From Lachnospiraceae bacterium (GTDB lineage Bacteria > Bacillota > Clostridia > Lachnospirales > Lachnospiraceae): 64,000 bases of DNA. The position numbers were made by a program, and so were the translations under genes. Where the stretch lies: positions 6,284 through 70,283 of the forward strand of contig JAXJYC010000020.1 of the NCBI GenBank assembly GCA_036307185.1, in the 5' to 3' direction. Below, one piece after another: positions 1-10,017 of this stretch (the stretch's first letter is position 1; every line of letters begins with the position of its first letter). The notes below the pieces were generated by a model. The model saw only the letters and a list, made by a program, of their open reading frames with translations, did no database searches and was not told the DNA's origin.

Positions 1-7
1 TATAAGG

Positions 8-2023
8 ATGAAATTAGTATCCATTTTGGCGGAACAATATGAATATTATAAGCAAAGATTGATGTTTGAGGGATACAAGTGGGATCCTCAATTTGTTGAT
101 AATAATACAGTTGCAAAGTACGTGTTAGTTCTTAGTGAGGAAGAGGCCAGAACTATTGCAGATTATACAAGTAAGCTTGCTAAAGAGACTATGGAAGCTG
201 AGGAATTTATCAATAATAATCTTCATAAAGCGAAGTCGCTACGCTTGCCTAAGCGTTTGAAAAAAGAAATTCAGTCTATGACTAATTATGACCCAGAGAA
301 AAATATTAGATTAATGAGATTTGATTTTCATCCTACTACTGATGGTGGATTTGCTATAAGCGAGGTAAATAGTGATGTACCAGGAGGTCATGCGGAGGGC
401 TCAGTAGTGCCAGCTATTGCCAAGGAGATGTTGGATGAAGCTAACGCAGAAGCTTCGGTAAAGGATAAGCAGAAAGAAAGAAAAACAACCTATGGTTACA
501 TGGATTTTAGTAGCTTTCTTGTGGATGCCATAAGTAAAAAGGTTCCTAGAAACGGCACCATTTTTTTAAATCATTGCACTTGTTATAGTGACGATAGGCA
601 GGTTATGGAGTTTGACGCCGATAGACTTAGAGCAGCAGGTTATAAGGTTATCATAGGTGCAGCAGACCATATTAGCTTTAAGGACAATAAGGCATATAGT
701 ATATTAGACGGCAATTGGGCTGAGTTAGACGGAATATTTAGATATACACCAGTTGAGTGGCTTATGGATATAAAGCCTAAAAGATGGCAGGGGTATTTTA
801 ATACAGAGACTGTAGCCTGCAATCATCCGGTATCTTTGTATGCTCAGACTAAAAGATTTCCATTTGTATGGAATATGTTAGAAGAAAATGATGTGGCTAT
901 GTCTACTTGGAGAGAATTGTTACCAGAAACTGTGGAGGCAAAGGATGTACTTTCGGGCAAATATTCAAAAGAAGAATTTATATATAAGCCAGCCTATGGT
1001 CGTGTGGGCGAGAAAATATCTATAAAGGAAGCCTGTAAGGAAGATGAGTATAGGAAGATATTAAAGGAAGTGCGTAAGCATCCAAAAAGATATATCGCTC
1101 AGAGAAGATTTGCAAGTCAGCCTTTGGAAGGGATAAATGGCGAGAAGCTACATGTGTGTATAGGCTCATATGCAGTAGAAGGAGAGCATGCGGGTTTTTA
1201 TGCAAGAGTTAGTCATTTACTTAGAATTGACTCAAACGCGGCAGATATTCCAGTGCTTATAGAGATGAATCAAGATGGTGATGGTAAGAAAACATATTTA
1301 AATAATATAAAGCTAGATACAAAGGATTTAAACAACCCAGAGTATTTATCTAGACAAAACAATCCAAAGTTATCTTGGGATGTATATAAGAAATTTGTGT
1401 CTAGTGAGAATGGTTGGTCTAATTGGGTCCGCCCTGTTCCTTTTATTAATATTGGAGTGGGAAAAAAATCCTTTGCCAATGTATATAATGAACAGCATTT
1501 ATTTGCTAAGGACGAGATTGCGCCATTTCTTGAGAAAACAGGAATTATAGTAGATATGCCTGGAGCAGAAAGTGCAATGGTGGGCTTAAATCTCGCAAAG
1601 GAAGGGTTTGGAATAGTGCCGCTTTTCAATGGTACTATCGAGCAAGATGGAGCTAGAGCGACATCGGATTGTCAAAGTGCTAGTGAATCATTAGTGTGGC
1701 TAGGTGAAAAACTTCAGGATATTAATGTGGCTGATAATGGGAAACCTGTATTCTTGCTTGATAGCAATAGACTTCTTAGATTTAAGCGAAACATAAATTT
1801 ATTCGATAATAGCTGGGATATCTATAGTCAGGATATGCCGTCAGTTAAATATATAAAGGGTAATGGCATAAATAAAATACTTGTCATAGGAGAAAAAATA
1901 GCTCCTGATTTAAAGAGAATACTTTTGAAATATCAAAAGGGAGGCATAGATATTTATCTTAAGAAGATATATGAGGAGCCTAAGAAGATAAAGCTACGAA
2001 AAAGCATTATAGTAAAGAGGTAG
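8..2023 (+). CDS. Glutathionylspermidine-synthase-family (GspS/YgiC-like) ATP-grasp amide ligase with an uncharacterised ~230-aa C-terminal extension
   Basis: 671-aa ORF. LMRFDFHPTTDGGFAISEVNSDVPGG matches the RFDF...E-x-N-x-D-x-P-G signature I recall for GSP_synth ligases. Residues ~440-671 match no family I recognise. No stop lies in frame in nt 2-7, so the true start could be upstream of the window. Confidence 0.6.
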   Translation: MKLVSILAEQYEYYKQRLMFEGYKWDPQFVDNNTVAKYVLVLSEEEARTIADYTSKLAKETMEAEEFINNNLHKAKSLRLPKRLKKEIQSMTNYDPEKNIRLMRFDFHPTTDGGFAISEVNSDVPGGHAEGSVVPAIAKEMLDEANAEASVKDKQKERKTTYGYMDFSSFLVDAISKKVPRNGTIFLNHCTCYSDDRQVMEFDADRLRAAGYKVIIGAADHISFKDNKAYSILDGNWAELDGIFRYTPVEWLMDIKPKRWQGYFNTETVACNHPVSLYAQTKRFPFVWNMLEENDVAMSTWRELLPETVEAKDVLSGKYSKEEFIYKPAYGRVGEKISIKEACKEDEYRKILKEVRKHPKRYIAQRRFASQPLEGINGEKLHVCIGSYAVEGEHAGFYARVSHLLRIDSNAADIPVLIEMNQDGDGKKTYLNNIKLDTKDLNNPEYLSRQNNPKLSWDVYKKFVSSENGWSNWVRPVPFINIGVGKKSFANVYNEQHLFAKDEIAPFLEKTGIIVDMPGAESAMVGLNLAKEGFGIVPLFNGTIEQDGARATSDCQSASESLVWLGEKLQDINVADNGKPVFLLDSNRLLRFKRNINLFDNSWDIYSQDMPSVKYIKGNGINKILVIGEKIAPDLKRILLKYQKGGIDIYLKKIYEEPKKIKLRKSIIVKR

Positions 2024-2028
2024 TAGAG

Positions 2029-3594
2029 ATGGTAAAGTTTGATGGAAGAATCCTGCAGTTCGGATTTGGTGCAGTGGGAAAGAGCTTTTATGAAAAACTT
2101 AAATACGAAGTGGACTATGATGAATATAAATACTTTGTTTTGACAAAGGAACCAGAAGAATTTAAGGCGTATATAAATTTGGGAGGAATTGCCCCAAACT
2201 TTATAACTAGAGAAGTTAATAAGGAAAATTACGCAGAGGTATTTGGTGACATTCTTGGCAGTGGAGATTTGCTTATAGACTTTGCAGATACAGTGGGCAC
2301 AAGGGATATAATAGAATGGTGCGCGAACCATGATGTAATGTACGTAAATACAGGAGAGGCCGATTGGCCATATCAATGGTATTGTATCTTTGAAGAAAAT
2401 GAGAAAAAGTCCAAGATGAAAGCGGATTTTACTAATATTAAGCATCCAATAGTTCTTCAGCATGGTAATAATCCAGGCCTTGTTTCACATTTTGTAAAGG
2501 CGGGACTTGAGTATATTGTGGAAAACCAGTTTAAACCAAGTAAATTAGGTGGAATCTTTAAGAGAAATAAGAAGGTAATTAAGGAAGATATAAGGGAGAA
2601 TAGTCGAAGTATGCTTGCTTATAATGATTTAAAAAATCTTCTTAATAAAAATAAATATAACGAATTAGCTATGAAGCTTGGTCTTAAAATGATTCATGTC
2701 AATGACATAGACTTGCAAAAGGTTAAGGAACCATATGTAGATAAGAAATTATACAATACATGGTGTGTAGAAACCTTTATATACGAGATTCTTAGCGAGA
2801 CAGCGTTTAATATAGGAACCCACGAGAAGCTAGAATTTGGTCGAGAGTTTATCCTTAAGGATATGGAAAAGGGTAATTTGAAACTGACTGATATGGCTGT
2901 AAATGTAAAGTGTAAAACTATTTACCCTGGTGGTTGCTTTGATGGTTATGTTGTGCCCCATGAGGAAACTATAACCATAGCCAAGGGGCTTGAGGTAGTA
3001 GAAATGCCAAAAGAAGATGAGGGAGAGCAAAGGGGAAAAGTAATATATCGACCTACAGTTATGTTTGTGTATCAGCCATGTGAGTATGCAGTGAAATACT
3101 TAGATAGTGCCAAGGTAAATGAATACCCCAATGTAGACCCTGCAAAGCCACTAGACTGTGAAGATGTAAATGGAAAATCTATAGTTCATGGCTACGAGTA
3201 CCCGGCTACATGGGAGATTGTGTACAGGGAAAATATAGAAAGTGGAACAGAATATGTAGGCGTTTTACTAATTGGAGATAGCTTTGATCCTGTATGGGTA
3301 GGAAATAGAGTGGAAATACCATTTTTATATAAGGGTAGCAAGGATAGCTATTGGCAGACACCGACTATTACACCAGTGTCTATGTCGGCGTTATCAGCGG
3401 TGGTATGGATGATTAATAATAGGGATAAAGGCGGCATCTATTTTCCAGATGATATAATGGATTATAAGAGCATAATTAAGCTGGCAGAGAAATATATTTC
3501 CAAGACAATATACAAGACATTTTCAAAAGAAGAGGTCGAAGAAGAGTTGGTTATAAATATTGAAAACCTCCAGTTTGAACACACTTTACAGTAG
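2029..3594 (+). CDS. hss: Homospermidine synthase (saccharopine-dehydrogenase-like NAD enzyme)
   Basis: 521 aa. Collinear by eye with bacterial HSS: GFGAVGK Rossmann loop, HGNNPGLVSHFVK (HSS GANPGMVSWFVK), NTWCVETF (NTWSVEGF), VIYRPTVMFVYQPCEYAV (AVYRPTCHYAYHPCNDAV). Starts 5 nt after the upstream stop. Confidence 0.8.
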   Translation: MVKFDGRILQFGFGAVGKSFYEKLKYEVDYDEYKYFVLTKEPEEFKAYINLGGIAPNFITREVNKENYAEVFGDILGSGDLLIDFADTVGTRDIIEWCANHDVMYVNTGEADWPYQWYCIFEENEKKSKMKADFTNIKHPIVLQHGNNPGLVSHFVKAGLEYIVENQFKPSKLGGIFKRNKKVIKEDIRENSRSMLAYNDLKNLLNKNKYNELAMKLGLKMIHVNDIDLQKVKEPYVDKKLYNTWCVETFIYEILSETAFNIGTHEKLEFGREFILKDMEKGNLKLTDMAVNVKCKTIYPGGCFDGYVVPHEETITIAKGLEVVEMPKEDEGEQRGKVIYRPTVMFVYQPCEYAVKYLDSAKVNEYPNVDPAKPLDCEDVNGKSIVHGYEYPATWEIVYRENIESGTEYVGVLLIGDSFDPVWVGNRVEIPFLYKGSKDSYWQTPTITPVSMSALSAVVWMINNRDKGGIYFPDDIMDYKSIIKLAEKYISKTIYKTFSKEEVEEELVINIENLQFEHTLQ

Positions 3595-3649
3595 CTGTAA
3601 AGTATACTATACTAATGAAATGAACTGACAAAGAAGGGGACAAAGGATT

Positions 3650-5800
3650 ATGAAAAAATTTAAGAAAATATTGCTTTGGCTTATGGTTTTTCTCGTCATG
3701 TACTTTATTAACTTTAATAATTGTACAGAGGAAGGGTGCAACCCTATAGATTATGCCCGTATAACAGATGTTGAGTATAGGGCAGAGGTTGTAGATGAGC
3801 CAGGAGGTCAAGGTAAAATAATTGTCACAGAGAGATTAACCTATGATGTACATGCGGCATTTAAGAGTAATACATTCTGGGAATTGTGGAGAGACCTTTG
3901 TGAAATCGAAACAGATGGAACAAAGAACACATATAAAGTACTTTCTGTTAAGCAGATTTTAGAAGATGGAACAGAGATTGAGTACGAAGAGAGTCCAGTC
4001 TTATATTGGGAAGATGAGGATTATGTAAATACTAATCATAGATTAGGACCAGGAAAATGGTATCATAGCCCAGGTCCATACAATGAAGATACTAGAGATT
4101 ATGAATGTGTATTCTTCTATATAGATGGAGTATATAGAGAAGAGATGGTATTTGAAATACAGTATGAAATGTACAATGCAGCTCTTCGTTATGGCGACTG
4201 CTCAGACCTTTACATATCAATGTTTTCGGAGGATGCAGTTCATGATTTAGAGTCATTTAGAGCGGAGATTCTCTTCCCAGACGAATTAATGCCATCACCT
4301 GGAAATTATACATATACAACATATGGTACTGATGCACATAGCTTCCCAGTTGAGGAATCTACAACTGCTAATCCTGGATACCATACATTTATCATAGATC
4401 TTGATGAGGACGAGTTATCATTTAGTCCATACAATGAATATATCGAGTTTGATTTGGTATCATATGGTGAAGATAAGCATATATTTACAGAATATGCAGG
4501 CTGGAATTATTACTATAATGATGTAGCGTTGGAAGAGATTCTATATGAGCAAAGAGAATATGCCGAACTTCCAGAGAAGTATAAGGCGCCAAAGGCAGCA
4601 GTATTTGTTATATTCACTGTGTTGGCTGGATTAGTTGCATTCTGGGTATATTATAAAAAGTATAAGGTATATAGTAAGCATACTTTCTATAAGCCAGTTA
4701 TGGAGTACGAATATTATAGAGATATACCAAGTGACTTAGACCCTAAGTTTGCAAAGGCATTGGTATTCTGTAAGCATAAGGAAAATAAAGATGATTCGGA
4801 TGTATATTCGGCACTTATGCTTAGCTTGGTTAGAAAAGGTTATATAGATATTAAAGAAGATAGTAATAAAGAGGCACATATAATTATTAACAAATGTCCT
4901 TATAAAGAAGCACAACCAGCTATTGATCCGACAGAAAGTGGACAGAGACAGTTTGTAGGTGGGTATTCAGTTACTGTTGATATTTCATCAGATACTAATT
5001 CAAATAAACCGGAAGATACTACAGGTGGATTTAACTTCCAGGGAAGACAGTTTGTTGAGGAATTAACAGCTAGTGAAAAGAATTTCTTTAATATGCTTGT
5101 ACATCATGCTAAAGATAATTATATATCTATGAAAGAATTTAAGCAGGCAATCGTTTCTGATTATCAGAGAACTGATTCATTCCTTAGAGTTATGGATAGT
5201 ATTGTTGTCAGTGAAGGTATAGAGAAGGGCTATTTCCAAAAGTCAAATTATAAGCAGGTTAGAGATTCATTTGCTACAACTGCTGGATTTTTAAAGATTT
5301 TAGGTTATTTCTTCTTAATAGTTGTTAACTGTATTTCGTTTACTTCACGAATGGATTTTGTATATGGTGGTTATACAATATTCGGATTAACTTGTATAAT
5401 TGGCGCAAAATACCTAAAGAAGGTAGGACAAAAGCTTATATTACTTACACAGTTTGGTGAGGATGAGTATGCTAAGTGGCGCGGTTTATATAATTTCTTA
5501 AATAGCAGCACACTTATGAATGAAAGAACATATATAGAATTACCATTATGGGAGAAATATTTGGTATATGCAACAGCGTTTGGTATTTCAGATAAGGTAA
5601 CAAAGGCAATTAATATTAGATGTCCAGAACATACTACTAGCGGAATGTTAAGTAATAATTATTACAGAACAGGAAGAATACGTATATCAAGTAGAGGTAT
5701 TGGTCACTCAGTGAGAACAGGTTCATCTATAGCACGCGGAGGAGGCGGCGGCTACGGCGGCGGCGGACGAGGCGGCGGTGGTGGCGGTGGCGGACACTAA
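3650..5800 (+). CDS. DUF2207-type membrane protein with a glycine-rich C-terminal tail
   Basis: 716 aa. N-terminal TM/signal, large exposed domain, central and C-terminal TM helices, tail GGGGGYGGGGRGGGGGGGGH. LemA neighbour, which is the usual DUF2207 genomic context. Confidence 0.65.
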   Translation: MKKFKKILLWLMVFLVMYFINFNNCTEEGCNPIDYARITDVEYRAEVVDEPGGQGKIIVTERLTYDVHAAFKSNTFWELWRDLCEIETDGTKNTYKVLSVKQILEDGTEIEYEESPVLYWEDEDYVNTNHRLGPGKWYHSPGPYNEDTRDYECVFFYIDGVYREEMVFEIQYEMYNAALRYGDCSDLYISMFSEDAVHDLESFRAEILFPDELMPSPGNYTYTTYGTDAHSFPVEESTTANPGYHTFIIDLDEDELSFSPYNEYIEFDLVSYGEDKHIFTEYAGWNYYYNDVALEEILYEQREYAELPEKYKAPKAAVFVIFTVLAGLVAFWVYYKKYKVYSKHTFYKPVMEYEYYRDIPSDLDPKFAKALVFCKHKENKDDSDVYSALMLSLVRKGYIDIKEDSNKEAHIIINKCPYKEAQPAIDPTESGQRQFVGGYSVTVDISSDTNSNKPEDTTGGFNFQGRQFVEELTASEKNFFNMLVHHAKDNYISMKEFKQAIVSDYQRTDSFLRVMDSIVVSEGIEKGYFQKSNYKQVRDSFATTAGFLKILGYFFLIVVNCISFTSRMDFVYGGYTIFGLTCIIGAKYLKKVGQKLILLTQFGEDEYAKWRGLYNFLNSSTLMNERTYIELPLWEKYLVYATAFGISDKVTKAINIRCPEHTTSGMLSNNYYRTGRIRISSRGIGHSVRTGSSIARGGGGGYGGGGRGGGGGGGGH
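5738..5794 (+). repeat. (GGN)n coding repeat specifying the poly-Gly tail of the DUF2207 protein
   Basis: gga gga ggc ggc ggc tac ggc ggc ggc gga cga ggc ggc ggt ggt ggc ggt ggc gga read directly. A GC-rich island in AT-rich DNA. Confidence 0.9.
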
Positions 5801-5840
5801 GACCATTGGAATTTAAAGATAAAAAAGAAAATTAGATAAG

Positions 5841-5870
5841 AAAAAGCTACGCTAGATGCGTAGCTTTTTT
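5841..5870. terminator. Bidirectional intrinsic terminator between the convergent DUF2207 and lemA genes
   Basis: aaaaAGCTACGCtagatGCGTAGCTttttt: 8-bp perfect stem, with an A-run on the 5' side and a T-run on the 3' side. Confidence 0.8.
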
Positions 5871-5904
5871 GTCATATTTGAAAGTTCTCAGTGAGAACTT
5901 CTTA

Positions 5905-6456
5905 TTAAAATCGTACCTGTGGTACAGTATCAGCTTCTGAAACTGCGTCGAATAATGCCTCTGCCTTAAAACCAAATATTGCACCGATAATATTGTTTGG
6001 GAAAGTAAGTAGTGAGTCATTATAAATAGTTACAGCATCATTGTAAAACTGTCTAGCATATGTAAGTTTGTCTTCAGTACCGCTAAGTTCTTGCTGAAGC
6101 ATAAGGAAGCTTGTGTTAGCTTTTAAATCTGGATAAGCTTCTGTAATAGCAAAAAGCTTTCTAAGACTACTGTTTAAATCGTTATACAATTCAACCTTCT
6201 CTTGAGGAGTGCTAGAACGTAAGTAACCGCTTCTGCATGCTGCTACATTTTCTAGTAATTGCTTCTCATGGATTTGATATCCCTTAACTGTTTCTACTAA
6301 GTTAGGAATAAGATCAAATCTTCGCTGAAGGTGAGTTTCGATTTGTGCGAAAGCATTGCGAACCTTGTTTCTGCCGCGAACTAATTTGTTGTAGGTTATA
6401 ACCATAAACCATATGATAAGTGCTATAACAACTAAACCAATAATATAACCAACCAT
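5905..6456 (-). CDS. lemA: LemA family protein
   Basis: 183 aa. N-terminal TM followed by YNKLVRGRNKVRNAFAQIETHLQRRFDLIPNLVETVKGY, typical of LemA. Confidence 0.85.
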   Translation of the reverse strand: MVGYIIGLVVIALIIWFMVITYNKLVRGRNKVRNAFAQIETHLQRRFDLIPNLVETVKGYQIHEKQLLENVAACRSGYLRSSTPQEKVELYNDLNSSLRKLFAITEAYPDLKANTSFLMLQQELSGTEDKLTYARQFYNDAVTIYNDSLLTFPNNIIGAIFGFKAEALFDAVSEADTVPQVRF

Positions 6457-6658
6457 ATTTTATCCTCCATGTTTGTTAATGATTTCTTATTTTATCACTG
6501 ATACACACATATTTCAATTTATTTATAGAACAGCATAGGGGTACGGATAAATTTATTAGTAACATAGGTAGAGTACATTAAATAGAGTTGAGAACGAATG
6601 GAAAGTGTGGTAAGATAAAAGGTAGTGCAAAGATGTCATAAGGGACAAGGAGAAACTT

Positions 6659-7870
6659 ATGGTTAAGGGAAAAAAATGGGTAAAAAAACGAAAGCGAATA
6701 TATGAGATTATAGAAGTTGGGTACGATTTAGATTGGCCGAGTAGATTATATGATTTTCTTAATGTTATATCTATAATTATAAATATTGCGGTTAGTATTT
6801 TATATACATATAGCTCTATTAGGGAACGGTTCGGCGATGTATTACAAATAATAGAATTGGCCACAGTAGTCTTCTTTGGAGTGGATTATATACTGAGATT
6901 GTTTACAGCTCAGTGTATGTATCCTAGATTAAAAGGTAGACATGCGCTGGTGAAATATATATTTTCATTTAATGGTGTGGTAGATTTATTGTCATTTGTA
7001 CCATATTTTATGCCAGTATTCTTCCCAAGTGGAACGGTGGCATTTAGAATGATAAGGATTATAAGAATCTTTAGACTATTTAGAATTAATGCATATTATG
7101 ATTCCTTAAGCGTTATTAAGGATGTACTTAATGGAAAGAAACAGCAGTTAATATCATCCGTATTTATTATTTTAGTATTTATGGTTGGAGCTAGCTTATG
7201 TATGTATAGTCTGGAACATAATGCTCAACCTGACGTATTTAAGAATGCATTTTCAGGAATATGGTGGGCGACGTCGACGCTTCTGACAGTTGGTTACGGT
7301 GATATATATCCAATAACATTTCTAGGAAAATTGCTGGGAATATTTATTTCGTTTTTAGGGGTTGGTATGGTTGCTATTCCAACTGGTATTATATCAGCGG
7401 GATTTGTAGACCAGTATTCTACAATTAAGAAAAAAGCAGAATATGGATATGAGATGGACATGCATTTTATTAAGGTGCCTATCACAGAAAATGATAAGTG
7501 GGTTGGAATGCGTCTGGCTTCTCTTAAGCTTCCGGATGGACTGATTGTTGCAGCGATTAGAAGAAAAGAAGAGCTTATTATCCCACGAGGAGATATAGTT
7601 ATTGAGGAAGATGACATTATTATTCTTGGGGCGGAACCATATGATGGTGTAGAGACAATTAATCTAAAGGAAATTTTTTTAAAGGAACATCATGAGTGGA
7701 CAAATAGAAAAATAAATGACATAGACATTTCAAGGCATTCGGTTATTGTCTTGATTAAGAGAAAAAATAAAACTCTAATTCCAAATGGAAATATGGTGCT
7801 TTGTGAAGGAGATAGGGTATTTTTATATACGGAAATGGTACTTGAAAATATGAGTAATATAGAGATATAG
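6659..7870 (+). CDS. Voltage-sensor-type K+ channel fused to two RCK_C (TrkA_C) domains
   Basis: 403 aa. S4-like FRMIRIIRIFRLFRI with Arg at every third residue (~7041-7090). Selectivity filter TVGYGD (~7286-7303). C-terminal duplicated segment (GMRLASLKLP...IIILG and HSVIVLIKR...GDRVFLY) resembles TrkA_C. Confidence 0.8.
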   Translation: MVKGKKWVKKRKRIYEIIEVGYDLDWPSRLYDFLNVISIIINIAVSILYTYSSIRERFGDVLQIIELATVVFFGVDYILRLFTAQCMYPRLKGRHALVKYIFSFNGVVDLLSFVPYFMPVFFPSGTVAFRMIRIIRIFRLFRINAYYDSLSVIKDVLNGKKQQLISSVFIILVFMVGASLCMYSLEHNAQPDVFKNAFSGIWWATSTLLTVGYGDIYPITFLGKLLGIFISFLGVGMVAIPTGIISAGFVDQYSTIKKKAEYGYEMDMHFIKVPITENDKWVGMRLASLKLPDGLIVAAIRRKEELIIPRGDIVIEEDDIIILGAEPYDGVETINLKEIFLKEHHEWTNRKINDIDISRHSVIVLIKRKNKTLIPNGNMVLCEGDRVFLYTEMVLENMSNIEI

Positions 7871-7875
7871 TCTTA

Positions 7876-7904
7876 TTGACTAGATATTATTTTAGAGTTA
7901 AAAT
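7876..7904 (+). promoter_or_regulatory. Sigma-70-type promoter for the MCP gene
   Basis: TTGACT, 17 nt, TAAAAT, read directly. Confidence 0.5.
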
Positions 7905-7982
7905 GATTTTAAGATTTGAATTGTGGTAGACAAAAGAATATGAGAATTTTAGAAGAACGAAAGCAGAAAGGGTGTAGCAAAA

Positions 7983-9476
7983 ATGGAAGAATTTCGTTAT
8001 GCAAAAAAAGAGGAACAGGTAAAAAAGATTGATAAGTACACAGCGTTTAGTATGATTTTGTTTGATGCGCTGATATTGCTTGTAGTTGTAATATCATATT
8101 TGCAAGGAAATAGATCGTTGGGGTATCTATTAGGTATGGCAGCTGCTATGGTTGTAACATGTGTAGTCACATTTATATGTATGCTTAAGGATGCTGGAAG
8201 TAAGAAGGTTAGATATATAGCATTTGTAGGAATGTTATATATTACGATATTAGTAGCTGTAGCATATAATGGATATTATATGAGATTTATGACTACTGTA
8301 CCTTTCTTTGGGGCGGTTTTATATTTTGACAAGAAGTTTTCGCTTATATGTGCAAACGGTATTGCGATTCCAAATATTATAATATTTGTGTATAGAGCAT
8401 TTGTAGCTAAGAACTATACAGGCGAGATGATTGATCAGTTTGCAGCGACTATCGTAGTTACTGTAGTAATGTATGTTATTGTATACTTAACATGTGTAGG
8501 CAAGCGTTTTAATGATGATTCTATCGGTAAGATTAATGCTGAGGCTGAGTTGCAGCAAAATATGCTTGGCGAGGTTATAGAGATAGCTGACGAGGTTAGA
8601 ACTGGTACAACAGGAGCACTTAATATTGTAGATGGACTTAGAAATTCATCAGAAATCGTAAAGCGTGCTGTTGGCGATATTAGTTATAGTACAGCATTGA
8701 CAGCAGAGAATATTCAAGATCAGACAGTTATGACTCAGAATATTCAGGATAATATTCAGGAGACAGTAGCGCGTTCAGAGCATATGGTTGATGTGGCTAA
8801 TAAGTCAAATGAGCTTAATAAAAATAATGCAGAAAAGATGAGAGAGTTAAAGGCTCATGCAGATATTCTTGCTGAGACAAATCATCAGGTTGCAGAATCT
8901 ATGAAGCATCTTCAGGATAATGTAGGTGAGGTTAGAAATATTACAGAGACTATTTTCTCTATATCATCACAGACAAACTTACTTGCGCTTAATGCATCGA
9001 TTGAGGCTGCTAGGGCAGGTGATGCAGGAAGAGGATTTGCAGTAGTAGCTGACCAGATTCGTGAGTTGTCAGAGAAGACAAGAGTAGAGACAGAGAGTAT
9101 TGCACAGATTCTTGATAAGCTTACAACAAATGCTGATCAGACAGCAAAGGCAGTTGAGAAGTCAGTAAATGTAAGTGATGTTCAGGATGGAATGATTAAT
9201 GAAGTAGTAGAAAAGGTTGATGAATTAACAAGTAATGTAGATGCGTTAGTTAAGGATATTGGAGAAATCGACAATATGATTGAGAGTCTTTCTAATGCTA
9301 ATAAGCAGATTGTTGAGAATATTGTTCAGCTTTCAGCTACTACAGAAGAGGTTACTGCAGCTGCGCAGCAGGCTTCTACTATGACAGAGAATAATTTTGA
9401 GGAAGCATTAAATGCTCATGAGATGCTTGAGGGTGTAATGACAGTTTCTCATAGAATTGACAAATATATGGAATAA
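7983..9476 (+). CDS. Methyl-accepting chemotaxis protein with a multi-TM N-terminal module
   Basis: 497 aa. Signalling hairpin [39 protein letters not shown]. About six hydrophobic helices at the N terminus instead of a periplasmic sensor domain. Confidence 0.85.
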   Translation: MEEFRYAKKEEQVKKIDKYTAFSMILFDALILLVVVISYLQGNRSLGYLLGMAAAMVVTCVVTFICMLKDAGSKKVRYIAFVGMLYITILVAVAYNGYYMRFMTTVPFFGAVLYFDKKFSLICANGIAIPNIIIFVYRAFVAKNYTGEMIDQFAATIVVTVVMYVIVYLTCVGKRFNDDSIGKINAEAELQQNMLGEVIEIADEVRTGTTGALNIVDGLRNSSEIVKRAVGDISYSTALTAENIQDQTVMTQNIQDNIQETVARSEHMVDVANKSNELNKNNAEKMRELKAHADILAETNHQVAESMKHLQDNVGEVRNITETIFSISSQTNLLALNASIEAARAGDAGRGFAVVADQIRELSEKTRVETESIAQILDKLTTNADQTAKAVEKSVNVSDVQDGMINEVVEKVDELTSNVDALVKDIGEIDNMIESLSNANKQIVENIVQLSATTEEVTAAAQQASTMTENNFEEALNAHEMLEGVMTVSHRIDKYME

Positions 9477-9491
9477 TTAATTTGATTAAGA

Positions 9492-9521
9492 GAATCTCGC
9501 TTTTTGCGAGGTTCTTTTTTT
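9492..9521 (+). terminator. Intrinsic terminator after the MCP gene
   Basis: GAATCTCGCtttttGCGAGGTTC followed by a T-run (one G-U pair in the stem). Confidence 0.75.
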
Positions 9522-9553
9522 CAGAAAAACTCCTTTATATTACAATATACAAG

Positions 9554-9582
9554 TTGTATATTTATGAGAAACATGCTATAAT
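9554..9582 (+). promoter_or_regulatory. Extended -10 promoter of the phosphorelay operon
   Basis: TTGTAT, 17 nt, TGcTATAAT. Confidence 0.55.
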
Positions 9583-9643
9583 TATCTCAATATTTGTAGT
9601 GAGAACAACTTAATATAGTTATAGATAATAAGGAGAAACGATT

Positions 9644-10003
9644 ATGGCAAGAGTTTTAGTTGTAGACGACGCTATATTTGTACGTGCCGCTGTGAAGAAG
9701 TATGTTGCACTGGCTGGGCATGAAGTTGTCGGCGAAGGTGGCGATGGACAGGAAGCAGTCGAGGTATTCAAGGAAGTTAATCCAGATGCAGTTATTATGG
9801 ATATTACTATGCCTAGAATGAGTGGCCTTGAGGCTCTACAAGAGATGAAAAAAATAGATAAAAACGTTAAGGTAATTATGTGTTCGGCTATGGGTCAGCA
9901 GGATTCTATAGCTGCGGCAATTCAGTATGGTGCAGCTGATTTTATTATAAAACCTTTTACAGAAGAGCAGATAGTTGCAAAGATAAAACAGGTTTTGGGA
10001 TAG
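9644..10003 (+). CDS. Single-domain CheY-like response regulator
   Basis: 119 aa. VLVVDD, phospho-acceptor context DAVIMDITMP, and a conserved Lys in IIKPF. RBS aaggaga. Confidence 0.85.
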   Translation: MARVLVVDDAIFVRAAVKKYVALAGHEVVGEGGDGQEAVEVFKEVNPDAVIMDITMPRMSGLEALQEMKKIDKNVKVIMCSAMGQQDSIAAAIQYGAADFIIKPFTEEQIVAKIKQVLG

Positions 10004-10017
10004 GTGGATAAAAGGGT

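Noticed and set aside
6457-6658. c-di-AMP (ydaO-type) or other riboswitch upstream of the K+ channel
   Set aside because: I could not find the paired conserved ACGGGGA/CCCG-type cores or any convincing extended pseudo-symmetric structure. Only a covariance-model scan could settle this.
6556-6864. 102-aa minus-strand ORF
   Set aside because: Overlaps the start of the K+ channel gene and its upstream region, has AT-driven Ile/Leu/Ser/Tyr composition, and has no RBS.
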